Below, piece by piece: positions 11,366-26,300 of a stretch of 64,000 nucleotides of DNA. Under the pieces are notes generated by a model. It had not been told where the DNA came from. It did not search any database and saw only the letters and a list, made by a program, of their open reading frames with translations. This DNA comes from Tubulanus polymorphus (lineage: Eukaryota; Animalia; Nemertea). Location: the NCBI RefSeq assembly GCF_964204645.1, contig NC_134025.1, positions 3,968,001 to 4,032,000 on the forward strand. Reading direction: 5' to 3'. Position 1 is the stretch's first letter. Every line of letters begins with the position of its first letter. A program made the position numbers and the translations under genes.

Positions 11366-14300
11366 TCACATCCCATTAAACAAGGTCTGTTGCATTTCGT
11401 CATAGTACGTTTTTGCATAATTAATATGCTGAGCAACCTGCAAAAAGAAAAGCAATTTCGTTTCATTGTTTAGTGTTTCAACAATACAATATCAAATTCC
11501 AAATTCAAGTACAAACCCTTCGAGCAACAGCTTCCGAGTCACAACGAACTATTGGACGTTTCTTCTTATCCTGGTCGAGAGGGGTTTTCACTCCTTTTTG
11601 ATTCGACCCAAAAACGGTTAGTTCAATATAGAAACGATTATCTGAAATCGAGAAGTTTAAGATGAGTGCAAACTACAAGAAACAGCAATACGTAGAAATC
11701 CGGATGCATTAGGTAACTACCTATTTCAGTCCATCGACACGTATAAAGTTCAGCATGGGCGACTGAGAACAGTATGGCCTCCGAGTCAGTGACACCTTTC
11801 CTTAGGAAATAGACCTGTAAACTTGTAATCAAGGCTTGTAACGGATTCTCGTGACCTGTACGTAGTTGTTCCATCGCTATGAACCTAATAGAAAACAACA
11901 ATAGTAGAATAGCTGATTTTAATCCTTGATACATAAATTTCGATTTTAGATTTTTAAATTGTATATAATGGGTATAAACTTTTAAGAAAACAACAATGCT
12001 GTAAGTTTAAACGTTTTTCATAATTAAAGACGTATCGCATATAACCTTACATTTCAGAGTAGTTATTGTGATTGAGCATGAATAATGTTTTCTGAGCCTC
12101 AGAGTCGTGTTTAGAGTAAATTGGTAATAAACCACCGGGTCGATGACAGCAACGAGGTTCACGTTTACGCCGTGGATTACGTGAATTACTGCGACTCGTA
12201 TCCCTCAGAGCACTAGCTGCACCCGATGCGAAGTCTAGTACACCTGCGACTGGTTTAGCTACAGTACCAACAACTCCTTTACCAAAACCAGTGAAAAATC
12301 CCTAAAATCAGTAAATATTCACATACAATATTAAGCTATTCTAAATGTATACAAGAATGCTATAGATTTTCGGATTCAGGATGGCTTGAAAACTTTCATG
12401 TGTGAGATATTCTTACCTCGATACCATCTTTTGATGCACCATGATAGGTCTGTGTAATGATACTCGTCATACCTCCAACCAATCCATAACCGAGACCTTT
12501 GACACCGGCTACAAAATGGTCACTACTTGTAGAGGCTTGCTGACGTATCGTCTCACGACGACTCTGATGTTCTTCATCCATTGACACGGTATTCAAACCA
12601 TCTGACAATGATCCAGTGAACTGAAATAGCAATACATAAAATCTACTGTAAAATTACTCCAAAACAGCAATTCAATGTATTAATCAATAGCATGGTCCAA
12701 CTGTATTACCTTGGCTGCTGAGTTGGTAATGCCATGCGTAACATTCTTGAAAAGACCTCCTACATTTCCATCTTTTACTAGGCCCGATATGCCTTCTGTA
12801 ACGTCGTTGAATAACCCAAGAGGATTTCCAAGGAAATCTACAGATCCGAGAATCTTAGCAGCCTGGCTTTTCAATTCCTAGAAATTACAACACCATTTAA
12901 TGTTTAATGCAGAGTGAAATTATGCCTAGTTTTGCATAGAAAATTGCAAAATACAATATCATTAATCACCTCAGTGTAATGCAGTTGTATTGAATCAAGC
13001 AAGAATTGTCCATTTTCAAATGGATGCTCCCTCACAAATGGATCTGAAATCATCATCACAACGATTAATTATAAATCTTATTGTACATATGCACAGAACA
13101 AATTAAATTTGATACAGATTATACATACCTAGTTCAACTTTAGCCTCTTCAAATTTGATCAATGGTAGATTAAAGGCATTCTTTATAGCGAGAAGATCCG
13201 GGGGAAGTTTACTCGTAGTTAACATGCTCATAATCACTTGACTGGTAACAATCTTCAAGATTCCAAAATAGTAACGAACTGCTTGTACTGAAGTGGCAGC
13301 AGATACAATCCTGTAAAAAAAAAAACACGATCATAGTAAGATATTAGAATGTAGTTGAAATAAAAACCAGCGTTCTGAAGGTTTCATGTAAAATACCGGT
13401 ACCTGTGATTATCATATTCCCCTTCCTCGAATTTGTCAATATCAGATGTCTGATCATAGCCAAAGAACTGAAACAGTTTCCATAACAGCCTTTCTTCTAC
13501 AAGAATCGTCATCTTGGACAAATTGGCCACCAAATACTTAAAAAGAATGAACGCAAGAAAATGAGTATTCTTCAGTGCAAATATTCTCAAATATACTGAT
13601 TTCAGAATCCTCAACAAGTACCCTGTATATTTCTGCATGCCAGCCTTGATCCGGAACTTTGTTAAATGTAAGATGCAGAGCTGGTGCGGCTCGGTCTGAA
13701 TCCTGTTTTCTGTGAGCCGGTGTCACATACAACACTAGTGGGCAAATACAACCGAGCAACTGATTGTCAATCTGGAATAGAAAATCAGCATTATACAACA
13801 ACCTGTATCATGTAACATTGATTAGATTGTCTTTAATCATCATAATTCTACACGTTTATCTTGATGTTTATGAATACATAGATGCTCTCTGGAATCCATA
13901 CCTGAATATCTCTGATGAGAACCTCCATTGTTTGTTCACCATCTCGTCTCATGTATTCCAGTTGGATTTCTTCCATTTGTAAATAGATCAGCTCCTCTGG
14001 TACATGATTTACTAATGATACACCGAAACCTTGTAGTTGGAATGAAAACTGAAAGACAATAATTGAAAATAGAATGAGCTTCCTCATCATTGTACACCAT
14101 CTACAAGTACTAGCCTACTAATAATACATGAAACATACCTGTAAATCTACACCTAGCTCTGTAATGACTGTCTTCTCAGTAACTTCAGTTAAAGATGTAT
14201 TTGGTGGTTTAGAACATGGTTGCTGTCTATTTATGACAACCCAATCAGTAACTGGTGAGGATGATTGAGCATAAGCCTAAAATTAATATTCAGACATGTA

Positions 14301-17300
14301 TGAAGAAAATATATTCGACTATAATGACTTTACGTAGCATGAGATATTTCATGTATAATAATCACCTTGAAAGCAATGTCTGTTATTTGTAGTACTCGTG
14401 TTGGACCATCAGGAACAACTCGCACTGATAATAGACCAGACCCGGGACGTAACTTCTGGCGAGAAATAGCCATATGCACTGGAACATCTTCATTCTGACT
14501 TATAGGCGCATTACAAGGGCCAAGGATCACCTCACAACCTGAAGTCAAACAAAAAGACAATTCACTACCGGTACTCATGACTCCAATAGAAGACAACTAT
14601 ACAAAATTTATATTTCCATTGCAGCATTCAAACCATGCTATTTACCATTAGAGAGTGAAGCCGGACCACCCCTTGCTTGAACATATAACTTCCCTCCAGA
14701 TGAACATTTCAATCGGCCATCCTGAATGTAACAATAATCAGACAAACGGGTAAAATTTCATGAGTATTCAACAGACAAAGTTTCAATCGAAAAAATTTTC
14801 ACATACATCAGTGAACAGCCAGGTTTGGGTAGATTTCCTTCTATCATCCAGTTTACGTAACATCAATCTAACAGGAGCCCCAGGTCTAGGAGCTATATCA
14901 GCAATATCGAGAACTAGTGATTGAGTGGTGTCTGGAACCGATGCCTTTTTATGAGGATAACGTGGAACGGCAGAGCCTTCATGCTGTAATCGTCCAGTAC
15001 TGGTCATTCTCCATAGTTGTGACCTACGTCCTGGCTCCTTATGAAGAATATAAAACATATTATACCCTGTTTTTGCAAATATCTATTCATCCAAAGCTAA
15101 AATGAATTAATCCTGGAATTTACCTTGCGTTTAAGTACAATGAGGTTCTGAGCAACAACATCTAAAACTAATTCTTGAGCAGCTACTGCGCTATGTAGTC
15201 CTGCCCAACTGTGATGGGTTTCATCAACTTTACTACAAAAATAATGGATAACCAACATAACTCATTTGATTCACTTATCAAAGATATATATAGGTACATA
15301 TATATCTCCAATCGATATAAAATGCTGACCTTTGGAATGTGCCTGTGAAAGCTATGTAAATGAAATTCTCATAACACAATTGATCTCCATCTCCGAGAGA
15401 TTTCATACTGTAAGTAGCTATTGTACCACCCTGTACACTGAGTGTTATATGAGGTGCTAATGTAGGTTCGTCCCAGGCATAAGCCTCTGAAATAAATACA
15501 ACAGACTTCATTTATTCGTTCATTTTTCCAGTAGAATTATAAGTTAACAAGATCAAAAGTTACCCGATGAATGAGGTTTGATAATTGTACGTAAACGATC
15601 TTCCATCACATTCGTTTGGTAATACTTTATAGGAACCTGAATAGAGAGTAAATATTAAAGAACGATAATACAATCACTAACTCATAGACTGATGGCATGT
15701 GTATGGCAAGTTTAAAGTAACAAACCTCCGAAAAGTTATCAATGCGGAAAGGAGGAGGCATCTGATCAACATTGGTGAACACAACATAGAATGTAGAACC
15801 TTGATACACCACTTCTACACGCAGGAAATTACTAACATTGTTTTCGCCCCTAAAAAATACGACTTATATGGTGATACAAATTTGGAACATGGATGGCCCA
15901 ATAAATAAAAGTTATTATGCGTTACCTCATATTGATATGGAAGGAGTCAACCCGATCAATGCGGAAGCCACCAGACCATTGACAGTGAGGATCGTCTATT
16001 TGCGTAACACAAAGCAGTTGATCTAGGTCCAGTCTCGGCCAATGGAAAGGGAGATTACAGTTAGGCACTGCAGTCAAGTGACCTAATGGGTTACTCTCCT
16101 CCTAACATTGAAAAAAAATCTGTTATCAGCTTCGGATAACTGGGAATCCAAAGAAAATTATCTGATTCCAACTTACATTACTTCGTGCCAGATGGCGTTG
16201 TGCAAAGGCTAATTTGAATTTAGTTCGATTGTCTAGCTGGAATCGTGGAGAAAATGTCACTATATTTGTATTCTTGTATCGACCATGTCCAGGCTGGACT
16301 TCTATACCGATATTATACACCCTAGAAATAATACAAACACAATGCATATCATCAACGAATTGCTTCTGATTCAACCTGCATTATAACACTCGTAATTCTG
16401 ATAAATTCCAATAATGTTTAGGAAATAGAAATGAAATCAAACTGATAGAAGCAAGGAATAGAAACAAAAATATGTGCAAAGTGAAGGAAGTTGAATGCCT
16501 AAAACTAAATCAATCAATTGAATTTCAACCATAGTTTATTATCTACAAAATTTGATGATTCCGGCGTCCAAAATCAAAAGAAAATAATCTGAAGGAAAAT
16601 ACCCAACACGACAAACACACAAAACCTTTCATCGGGAATTTGAAAATGTCTTGATATCACGTAAAAGGAATAATAGCAAACTCTCAATAGGTGAGTATTG
16701 TATCAGTATGTAAACATAGACTGACAACATAACACCAAACTTACTTATATCTGGCAGCACTGCAAGATGAAATTTACTTGAATATTTAAATATATGCGTT
16801 TTTACACTAATGATATGATTTAATAGTTAAAGTGCCAAACAAAGGACTGCATGAAGGAAAGAATATGAAAGAAGAGCAACAGATCATTATATGATAAAGC
16901 CACCTACCAATCTGGTCTGCTATTCTCCCTATGCACAACATGTAACTGACGCATACCAACTCCCCTCTCAAGAGTAAACTTCTGACACCTGGAATAGAAA
17001 ATATTATCCATACGTAAGTACAAAGGTTTTGGCATTGATAACCTTAATGATCTTAGTTAAAAATTCACAATGGTACTTACCATTTAGCAACAGTTCTAGT
17101 TTGATGTACAGATCTACCAATCCTCATTGTACAACTGAAAAATATGAAAATAAAATCATCCACATGATAGTAGTGCAGTACAATGTAGGCAGGGGTGGAT
17201 CAACTTACAGGTATGGTGCCTCTTTATCAGTGAAACTGAATAACAGCGGAGCCACACTTCGGGCAAGTTCATGTTCTTCAAATTGTCCGGCTGCATCTTT

Positions 17301-20300
17301 CTTAGCATTCTCTTGGCGGAATATGAGAGGAAGTCCAGACTTATTGATTAACCAGTATGGAACGCTAATAGACAGCTGAAAACAAAAATAATTCAATTTC
17401 AATAACAAAGGAATCATAGACCAAAAAGCTTGATATTAAGACTTAGAACATACCTTTAGAGTCCCTCCTTCTCCAATTTTTATTGACACAGTTACATTTA
17501 ACAATCGTCCTTTTGAATCGATCACTCTGACTTTGACCATATAATCAGATGTTCCCGGTGGGATAACTAACTCACGACATTGAGGGAAATTCTCCATGTT
17601 TAAACCGAGCTCAAGAGCTTGTGTCAAATCGAGCTGTCGAGAGAAAATTGCAACTTCATGAAGATTACTAACTCTAATGAAAATTGTATAACCTCGCTAT
17701 GCTAATTCATACTTACTGAGTAAAGTGAGGCAGATTTGCCAGGTTTGATTGCACCATGAACATCAGTTCCTTTGAAATAAAATGCCAGTTCAACAGGGAG
17801 CAGATTTTCAATGATGACTGGTGGAGTGATAGTCAGCGTATGACCGGGTGAAAAGTTTTCTGGACTTTGTCCTTTAGTAAGGAGATCAGCGGGGTAGTTC
17901 TCTCTCTTCACTGCTACACAGAACCTGCATATAAACATTTAATACATAGAATCCAATACTAGAAATGTAAACAGCTACCAAACATTACATGTTGGTTATT
18001 TCAAAAAGATTTTGTTCTTTTATTAACCTGAATACTGGATCATCCTCTGCTAATGTTGAACAAGATCGTAATGAATCGCGAGCATCTCCTGGTCGAGTGA
18101 CATGCTGCCAGTGTACTGGTTTATTACAAAAATCAACTGACCAATCCCCGAGCGGACGAGCCCAGATTTGATGATGAACATGCGTTATAGGCACAGGTAG
18201 AGTCTCGCCGGGCGACAGTGACAGACACAACGGTCGTTCTGAAAAAGATCAAAATAGATTTGTTTTCAGCGCGTGGACATGTTTATTCAATGAGCTATGA
18301 GTTCAAATGAACGAAATATACTGGTACCTCCTGCTTTTGGTTCCTTACGCTCAAACTTCAACTGAATTGTCTCAGTTATTTTGTTTTTGATGAGCAGTGC
18401 TGACCGAACTGTTATGACTTTCTTGGCACTACCTTCCAAACTGACGTCGAAAACAATGCGCATCTGAGTAGATTCCGGACAAAACTGGAATGAAAATCAA
18501 GAAATTATAAATTATACGGAACTGAAATTTGAAGAAGATATCTAGCTGAACAAATATACTTACTATACTGGAGGATTTGTTGTGTTCTGGGCGAGAATTC
18601 CTGAAATAAATTCCAATTTTGTCCACTGATACTGGAGGGGTTGTCTTGTACCAGCCATCAAGTTTTATGACAACTTGGTGAACTTTCAACTGATGTGAAT
18701 TCTGAAATTAATCGAACAGAGAGACCATTACCTGAATGTACAAATAACAAGACAAAATATAACATAGAAATGCATCATGAATGGAATCGGCCGATAAAAA
18801 TTATATAATCTTTCCTGAGTTAACGAAATGAATAAGGAACTGGTGAATATAGAAAATAACTTTAAATTTGAAAATAAAACCATTTAACCAGTGAAAAACC
18901 ATCATAAAAGATTAACAGACAATAGATGTTATAAGAGTTGTAAACATAAATAAAAACCAATATAATATGTTACAAGTGGAGCAAAATAGTAGATTGTGCT
19001 GTTACATGTTTGACTACACTTGAACGTGGACATACATTAAAGTTAACAGTTTCCAAAACTGTAGACAAGAGTGTTTAGTTTCATTACTCGTAAAGCCATT
19101 TGAAAACAGGTTAAATTTCAATTCATTATCAAATGCAGCATCAAGCAAGAACTTTTCAAGCAAAACAAAGACTAAATAATACTGTAGCAATTTTAGTAAA
19201 ATATTTAACTGTTTTAAATGCAGAGCTCTTTCACCTGTTATCCAAAATGCAATCAAATCATAAGATGAATGATTTAAAGATTAAAACCAGCACACAATCC
19301 CAAAATCGGGGAGACAAAACAAAATATACTTGGTCTATATATTATCATCAGAAACATTCGAAATTCGTTACGATGAGGTAAACAAACAGTATCAATGAAT
19401 GGATAGGAAATTAATGCACGAATGGGTGAACAACCCGCAGAATGAACAAGTCAAGACCTCCTTCATTCACCAGTACAAGGTATCATGATCACATAAAAAA
19501 GGACAAAATCTTCTCCCAAATAAATTCTATGCTATGAATAAATTGATACAGGCGACAGAGTTTGAACAAATTAGTATCGGCTCAATCAAAAATATTAAAG
19601 CTTCCTTCACTCACTAAGACTCTATGTTGCATATATAGAAAGTTAAACATCTGAAATAAATTGAAGAAATGTACATTTATTTGTTCAGTCATACTTATCA
19701 CTTCACTGTAACTTCTTCCCTTTTATACCAAGTATTATATCAATACTCATCATTCCCAACACCAAGATGTTTATTCCATCTTTTAATCTGACCTATCTAC
19801 ATCTACTTTTCATCAATCACAATATATCTTATTTTGCACATCAATTGCATGCATAATTCCCAACTCAAAACATGTCAGCTCTGTTGGATCATCAGAAAAA
19901 TGTGCAATGGATAATGAAGTGCTTCCACAAATTATATCCACAGCCAGACATTTAAATAACTCAGCACAAGTAGTATGAGATGCACATTGAAAAGAAAAAA
20001 AACAATACCTTATGCCTGATTTTATCCCTGCCTTCAAACATGAATGGCATATCTTCCCCGGGGTCAACTTGTTTCCATTGACTAGTCCGGTAATGACTAT
20101 CATTTGTTCCAATTCTAGGCACAGCCCTGTGAATAATAGAGTATTTTATAATAAAAACTAACGACAGAAACATTTTTACATGATCAACAGATATCACGCT
20201 TATATGAAATTACCTTGATGGCATTGATGTAACAGTTGAGTAATACAGTCTTACACCAGTTCTGTTCCTTAACAAGAATGGAGTAAAAGGAACTCTCCTA

Positions 20301-23300
20301 CTGTGATTTCCCAGAAGATTCAAACCCTTGTCTTTTTTACCACTAAAATACAACATTATTATTATCATTTTATTCCAGTATAAATGAGTTTTGTTTAAGA
20401 GTATATGTTTTTGGAAAACGCACCTGTATTTGTTGTAATAATCCTCAGTCCAGATAGTTTTGGTTTTATAATACTGATCAACAAAGACCGATGTTATATT
20501 CAGACATAGCGCATCATTGGCTAAAAATATGAAGAGATAAGCAAATATTCAGTTAGAACAGTTTTAACAAATTTCACAATATACGAACAATTCAATACAA
20601 TAAATACCTTGTATATGAACTGCATATTTTGGTTTGTCTTGTTCAACACATCTTCTCCATTGAACATCACATCTGAAATATTGATCATCATATATAAGTG
20701 TTCTAAGCACACATTACTTGGAAATAAGACTCATGAACACATACTGCCAGGGTTCTAGACACGGTTCCCATCCGGACAGAATTCTATTATAATAGTTTGC
20801 TGATAACCGAGCCATCGCACTGCCTTCAAACTTTCCGGTCAACTTCTGCAAATACTGACCATCTGCAATAGACAACGTGACTTAAAACCCATAGGTTTTC
20901 TTTCATTAAAATGACTGTAAAACATTCTATATCCAGAACAGTAGTTTTACCTGAAATTGACAGTTCAATAAGCGGAACATCGGCATCCTGACAATCATCA
21001 ATCAGACAAATACTGATCACTCCTGCTTTCATCTACAGAAAACATACATACAAGTTTTAATGTAATTTCATCCTAATGGAAAACATGTATTATTTAGGGG
21101 AATCCGTAAAGTTACTCTTGGAAACAGACTTTACCTCAATGCCTGATAGCTCGAGAGACTTTTTGTCTCGTTGATCTTGCGCGACATTAGATGCATTCTG
21201 TGTAAGCCAGAACGCTGCATCATCCATTCTATTCCTATTCATTTTCATCGCTTTTTCGCAGTCACTTCGTTTGAAACCAAGGTTCATCAATTTCACAACA
21301 GCATCATCTAAAACATACACGTCGGTAATATGTGAAATTCGTGTTAAAGGATTGAAGAATTTCATGCATTAAAAAAGAACAAGCACTTACCGAATTCAGG
21401 ATCAGATACTTTATTTTTTGCTTGTATCGCTTGATTTGGCAGAGAATTCATAATTGCCATAAACAGCTGGATATCATTGTAGGAAACGCGTATACTTAAT
21501 TCACTAAAACCGATCTGTAAATAGTAGAAAGAAAAGAAAGACTGGTTATAATACATGTTTGAACTGCTGTAAAATACTTAGTATAATGAGCACGTACCTC
21601 TAGAAGAGGAGGACGATCTTCGTCAACTGTAGCGTCTAATAATCCAGATGGACCAGTTGATGATTTGCTAAATCCTGATGAACCATGCAGCTCAATAGTC
21701 ACAGTCATTGGATCAATAATCGACAAAGCTGTCTCTGTTTCCGATGCTAAACAGCACGAAAATACTTCTAAACTCTGTAAACTCGCCGATAATGGACGCT
21801 CCACGAATTTAGGTTTATACGCAAGAACAGCAGTCATCTATAACATATGAAATTCGCATTTGAGAAATATTTTTCTGAAAAATAGATTCATTAAACTGAT
21901 ATCAACTACTTACTTTGAGTATAACAGCATTCGTATCAAGAGCCGCCATATTTTCAACCAAAACTATATCGGTTTCAGTGATGTTTACTTTCATCTCAAA
22001 TGGGATATCACTCGGCTAAAAATTGATCAAACAAATCATCGATCTTTAAACTTACAATCGCAGCGATGATATTTCTAGTCAGGATGAAGATCAAGAAGAT
22101 GAATTACCTTTTCATGAATAGGAGCCCTCTTTGTAACAATACGTTCAGCAGCTTGGACACCAACAGTTTGTGCTTTTAAATTCTGATACACTGTAGATTT
22201 TCCCATCAATGGATCCAGAACTTCAACTAACAAAATTCAACATTAACCATTAGTATATCGCTTCAGTATGATAGGACTATAGACATACTAAAGCCAACTG
22301 ACATTACTTACTCTTTTCAAATGGATTGTCAGGATTAGTGAGTAGAAAATCTTGTACTTGCATCAACCAATCAAAGATGCCCATAAGTCTCATATTATTC
22401 AGTAATATAGTGAATCGAGTACAGTCATTAGTACTGCGGTAATGTAACTCTAGTTGTAATGTATTGTTGTTCGTTTTCACTTTACTTGGCTGTAATATTT
22501 TGCTGAACACATTTGGTCGAGTATTTACAGGCGAATCTATAACAAGAAAGAATCAGTTAAACTGCGCTCGGCTTCTTAAGGAAAATACGGACATTTTGAC
22601 CAACATATCGGGGGCCAGGTTTACCTCTATATCTTGTGTCATGAGCGAGTATTTCTCTTGATACTAAATCAACATCTTTCGAGAAATCCGAGAAACTTTC
22701 ATAGGTCAGTCTCGATTTGATAAAATCAAGACGAGCTAGTGGACATTCCGAACCCCCATTATCCTGGTTAGTGCCTTGAAGTTCTACACTGACATTTAAT
22801 AGATCGATATTCATAGATACACACTTCCACACTTGACCACTCAGAATTGTCTGAAATACAAATGCAGAAAGATAAGCAAAACACACATAATTCAGGTTCA
22901 TACCGGTATGTGAAGACATGAATTATCATTTGCTTACATTTATCTGAGGATCCTGTAAGCTAGTCATAACTGGAGTTTGAAATTCTTCTAAAGGTTCACC
23001 AAAGTTATGATCAAGAATTCCTCTCACTAGTTTATACTGGTTGAGATCTATGCAGAAGTGAACTGCAGACAACATTCCCAATACTGCCAAATCAGGCGAT
23101 GTATGACTGATGTCACCTTCTAAGTTTCGTTCAACTTGCAATTTCAGTACACATTTCTCCTTTAGAGGTTTATTTCTCTGAAATCGTAACAATACATGAA
23201 ATGATGTTTCTCAGGGATTCGTCTGTATCCAAACCTGCTCGCACGAAAGCGATGACTCGAACTTACTTTTTGAAGGATAAAATGTGAAGGAAACACCATT

Positions 23301-26300
23301 GCATTCTCAATGTAGTGATCGCTATTTTTCCGAGGAATACGTTCTGCCGAGTAAAGATCGATATCAACCAAATTCACATACATCACATCCAATAAACAGT
23401 TATAAGCGCTTATGCTTTGTGAGCGTGTAGCCCCGTGACCGGCAAACTTGGCCCTACGCTCATCAGCCGTAAGCTTTGGTTTTTCAAATGATTCAGTTTG
23501 ACTAGATTCTTTGGACGGAGGTTGAGAAGTATGACCTCGACTCGGAGGTGTACTATCTACTAATCCAGCTGGTGTGAAGGCATCTGTTCTTTCATCGTGT
23601 TCCAAACTACCGTATACGCTTTGCGTCATCGAATTACCTTCAAACAGATCAACCGATGACGCCGCGATACTGGATTCTTCAGTTTTTGGTGACGGTACCT
23701 CGAGCGTATCATCAATGATAATATAATCCTCGTTACCGATCAAAGAAGCCATGTCAGTACTCGCTTGCATACTATCAAAACTCATCAGCATATCATGAGA
23801 GTCTTGTTGGGACATTGTATGCGTAGTTTCTTTGATCCAATCATCGCTCATCTCATCGTAGTCATCGACGAATGGATCCTTCATCGCCATTGCTATCGTA
23901 CCCGGTTGACCGCTGACGAGAAAACCATTACGTATCGTCAAAGTTCCGAGATCCATCACGAGTACATCGGTCGAGATTGAACTATGAGGGATCAATATGA
24001 CAGGAGAGCCGGCTTCGATATCTAATGATATTCTGGATCCTCGTTGAGCTGTTTCAGCAATCTGTAATCAATTTTCATAATGTGAAATTCAGAAATCATT
24101 CTGAATCATTCTATCATGTGTGTTAACAAAATCAAACCTTTTTTCCTGCGGATGCAGCTCTCATCCTCCCTAAAACATCTTGCAACTGGTTGAAATGTTG
24201 AATGAAAGCCAGAGTTTCTGACCAGAAGCGTTGAGTATGTAAGTATCGAACTGATGCCATTCGTACTTTGACACTGACATCACATGGGCGTCTATTTACT
24301 GGATCAGGTGTACCGTACCTGAAACATATGATAATTATACTATCACTGAAGAATGGTCCATTACTATACGCATGAAACCTATATCACTTACTTAAACACA
24401 TCAAAATCAAGAGCCTGATCTCCAACTGTCATAAACCGTTCTCTATAGAGTTCACCATGTGGACTATTGTCTAATAATGAGATACTGCCTAATTTGCCAA
24501 TCATATGAAAGTTGTTATCTCGCAGTGTAAGATGTGAAGACCATGCCGATATATTAGCCTTAGCCAGTTCATATTCCTGTTTATTCAGCAGAAGACTGAG
24601 GCTTTGCACGTTGAGGTTTATTTCGCTGTTAATGATTTCATTTTCAGGTTCCATCGCTGAAAAAAAAACAAAACTAAGAAATCCATTGCGGTACATGAAA
24701 TTAGCAGTTACATCAAAGAGCAAATCAAACATATTCCTTACGAATCGGTTTCTTTGTAGTCGTTTCATCTGCACCTTCAGCCATTGCTGTCTTAACTTCT
24801 TCATCCAATAGATCCTGATCATGTATCTTTGCTCCTAATCCGAGGAAGTCGAGAAGAACAACCCATGTTTGCAGGTTAAGGCATGTATCTAAACAGTTGA
24901 AGTTTATGTCAATGAAACGATTTGTCTGAAAAATAAGACCAAAAGCATTGCATTAAATGTACCGGTATGCTATACATGACATATATTCAATATACATGTA
25001 TAACCAATCATTGCTTACCTTGTTGTATTTGTGGACATATTCAGGCTTTTTGTTGTCAATTAAGACAACTTTTATATGAACCAGATTATCTTTGTGATCT
25101 AAGTTTTCTACTGAATCGCGTCGACTTGGTGGTGGTGTACTTGGATATATTGGAGAACTGTAATATCACAGTAAAACTCATGTATAAACAAGATATGTCA
25201 TTTCGAACATAAAATCAACCTGCATTGCTGAAAAGTACCTTTTGTTATCTGTTTTAAGGGTCCTTCCTTTAGATGATGGAGGCATTCGCAAACCTTGGCT
25301 TTCAACGGCATACACATTAGGATCTCTAGTATTGCCTGTATGTTCATGAACATTGTACAAACTGGCAGGTAATGATGAAGGTAACTGGGTGTCAGTCGCT
25401 GGTATTGTACTATCTGGACACGATGTTGATAAATATGGTTTCAACTTAGCTCCGTCGAAAGAGGATTTACTATCGGCCGCAGATACCATTAGATGTCGAT
25501 GTTTGGATTTTGGATCCTGGAATAGATCTTCAATATCCAACGCTTTCAATGAAACTATGAATTCTGAGCTATAAGCATTCACTTTCTTCATTATAATGTT
25601 GAATTCTTGCAAACAAATGTTTACTAAGCCTTGATTTCCTTCGCCAAAGTCTCCTTCCATTTCTATATTGAATACAGGTAGGTCAAAGTTAGCTCTTATG
25701 ATTGAATCTGGTTGTTTTGATGAAGCTACTGTTTGATTTTCAGCTGACAAACTCGGAGAATTCCTCTGATTTTCAGTCAGCTCATCTTCGCCCTGAAGTG
25801 ACTCCGAATTGGAAGAATCCTGTTTTGTAAAGGTTTCATTGAGATCCTCACTATATGTCAAGTTATCAACAGTTTTTAGAATCTGTTCATATATCGACTT
25901 CGATAGACTTAAATGCAAACGATTTACAATTCGCCCATTGAATGAAAATGTTGGTAATAACCGCTCTAAGTCTGTACAATCTTCAGGCATCTGTTGATCA
26001 AAACCATCTTCGAACGTGATATCAAAAGCGTTAGTTTGATTCACGAAAGGTAACAGAGGTGGAAGTTTTTCTATTGTCATTTCTATCAAAGTGTCATGTA
26101 AGATCTGATATCCTATATCTGTTCTTGAGTATAACTGAGTTTGAGAAATGTTTAAACGAGATTTTACTTCGTCGATATCCATCGAGTACAAACTCATGTC
26201 ACGGATTTCGAGATAAAGCCTTTCTTTATCATCATTAGCTAGTGATGTGAAATACATTGATTGCGTTTCTTGTAGAGGAGCATTGCAGAGGGTTATTTGA

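Noticed and set aside
18702-18735. AG|GT site 30 nt upstream of a VPS13D acceptor
   Set aside because: Use as an acceptor adds an in-frame TAA, and it is too close to the next acceptor for recursive splicing.
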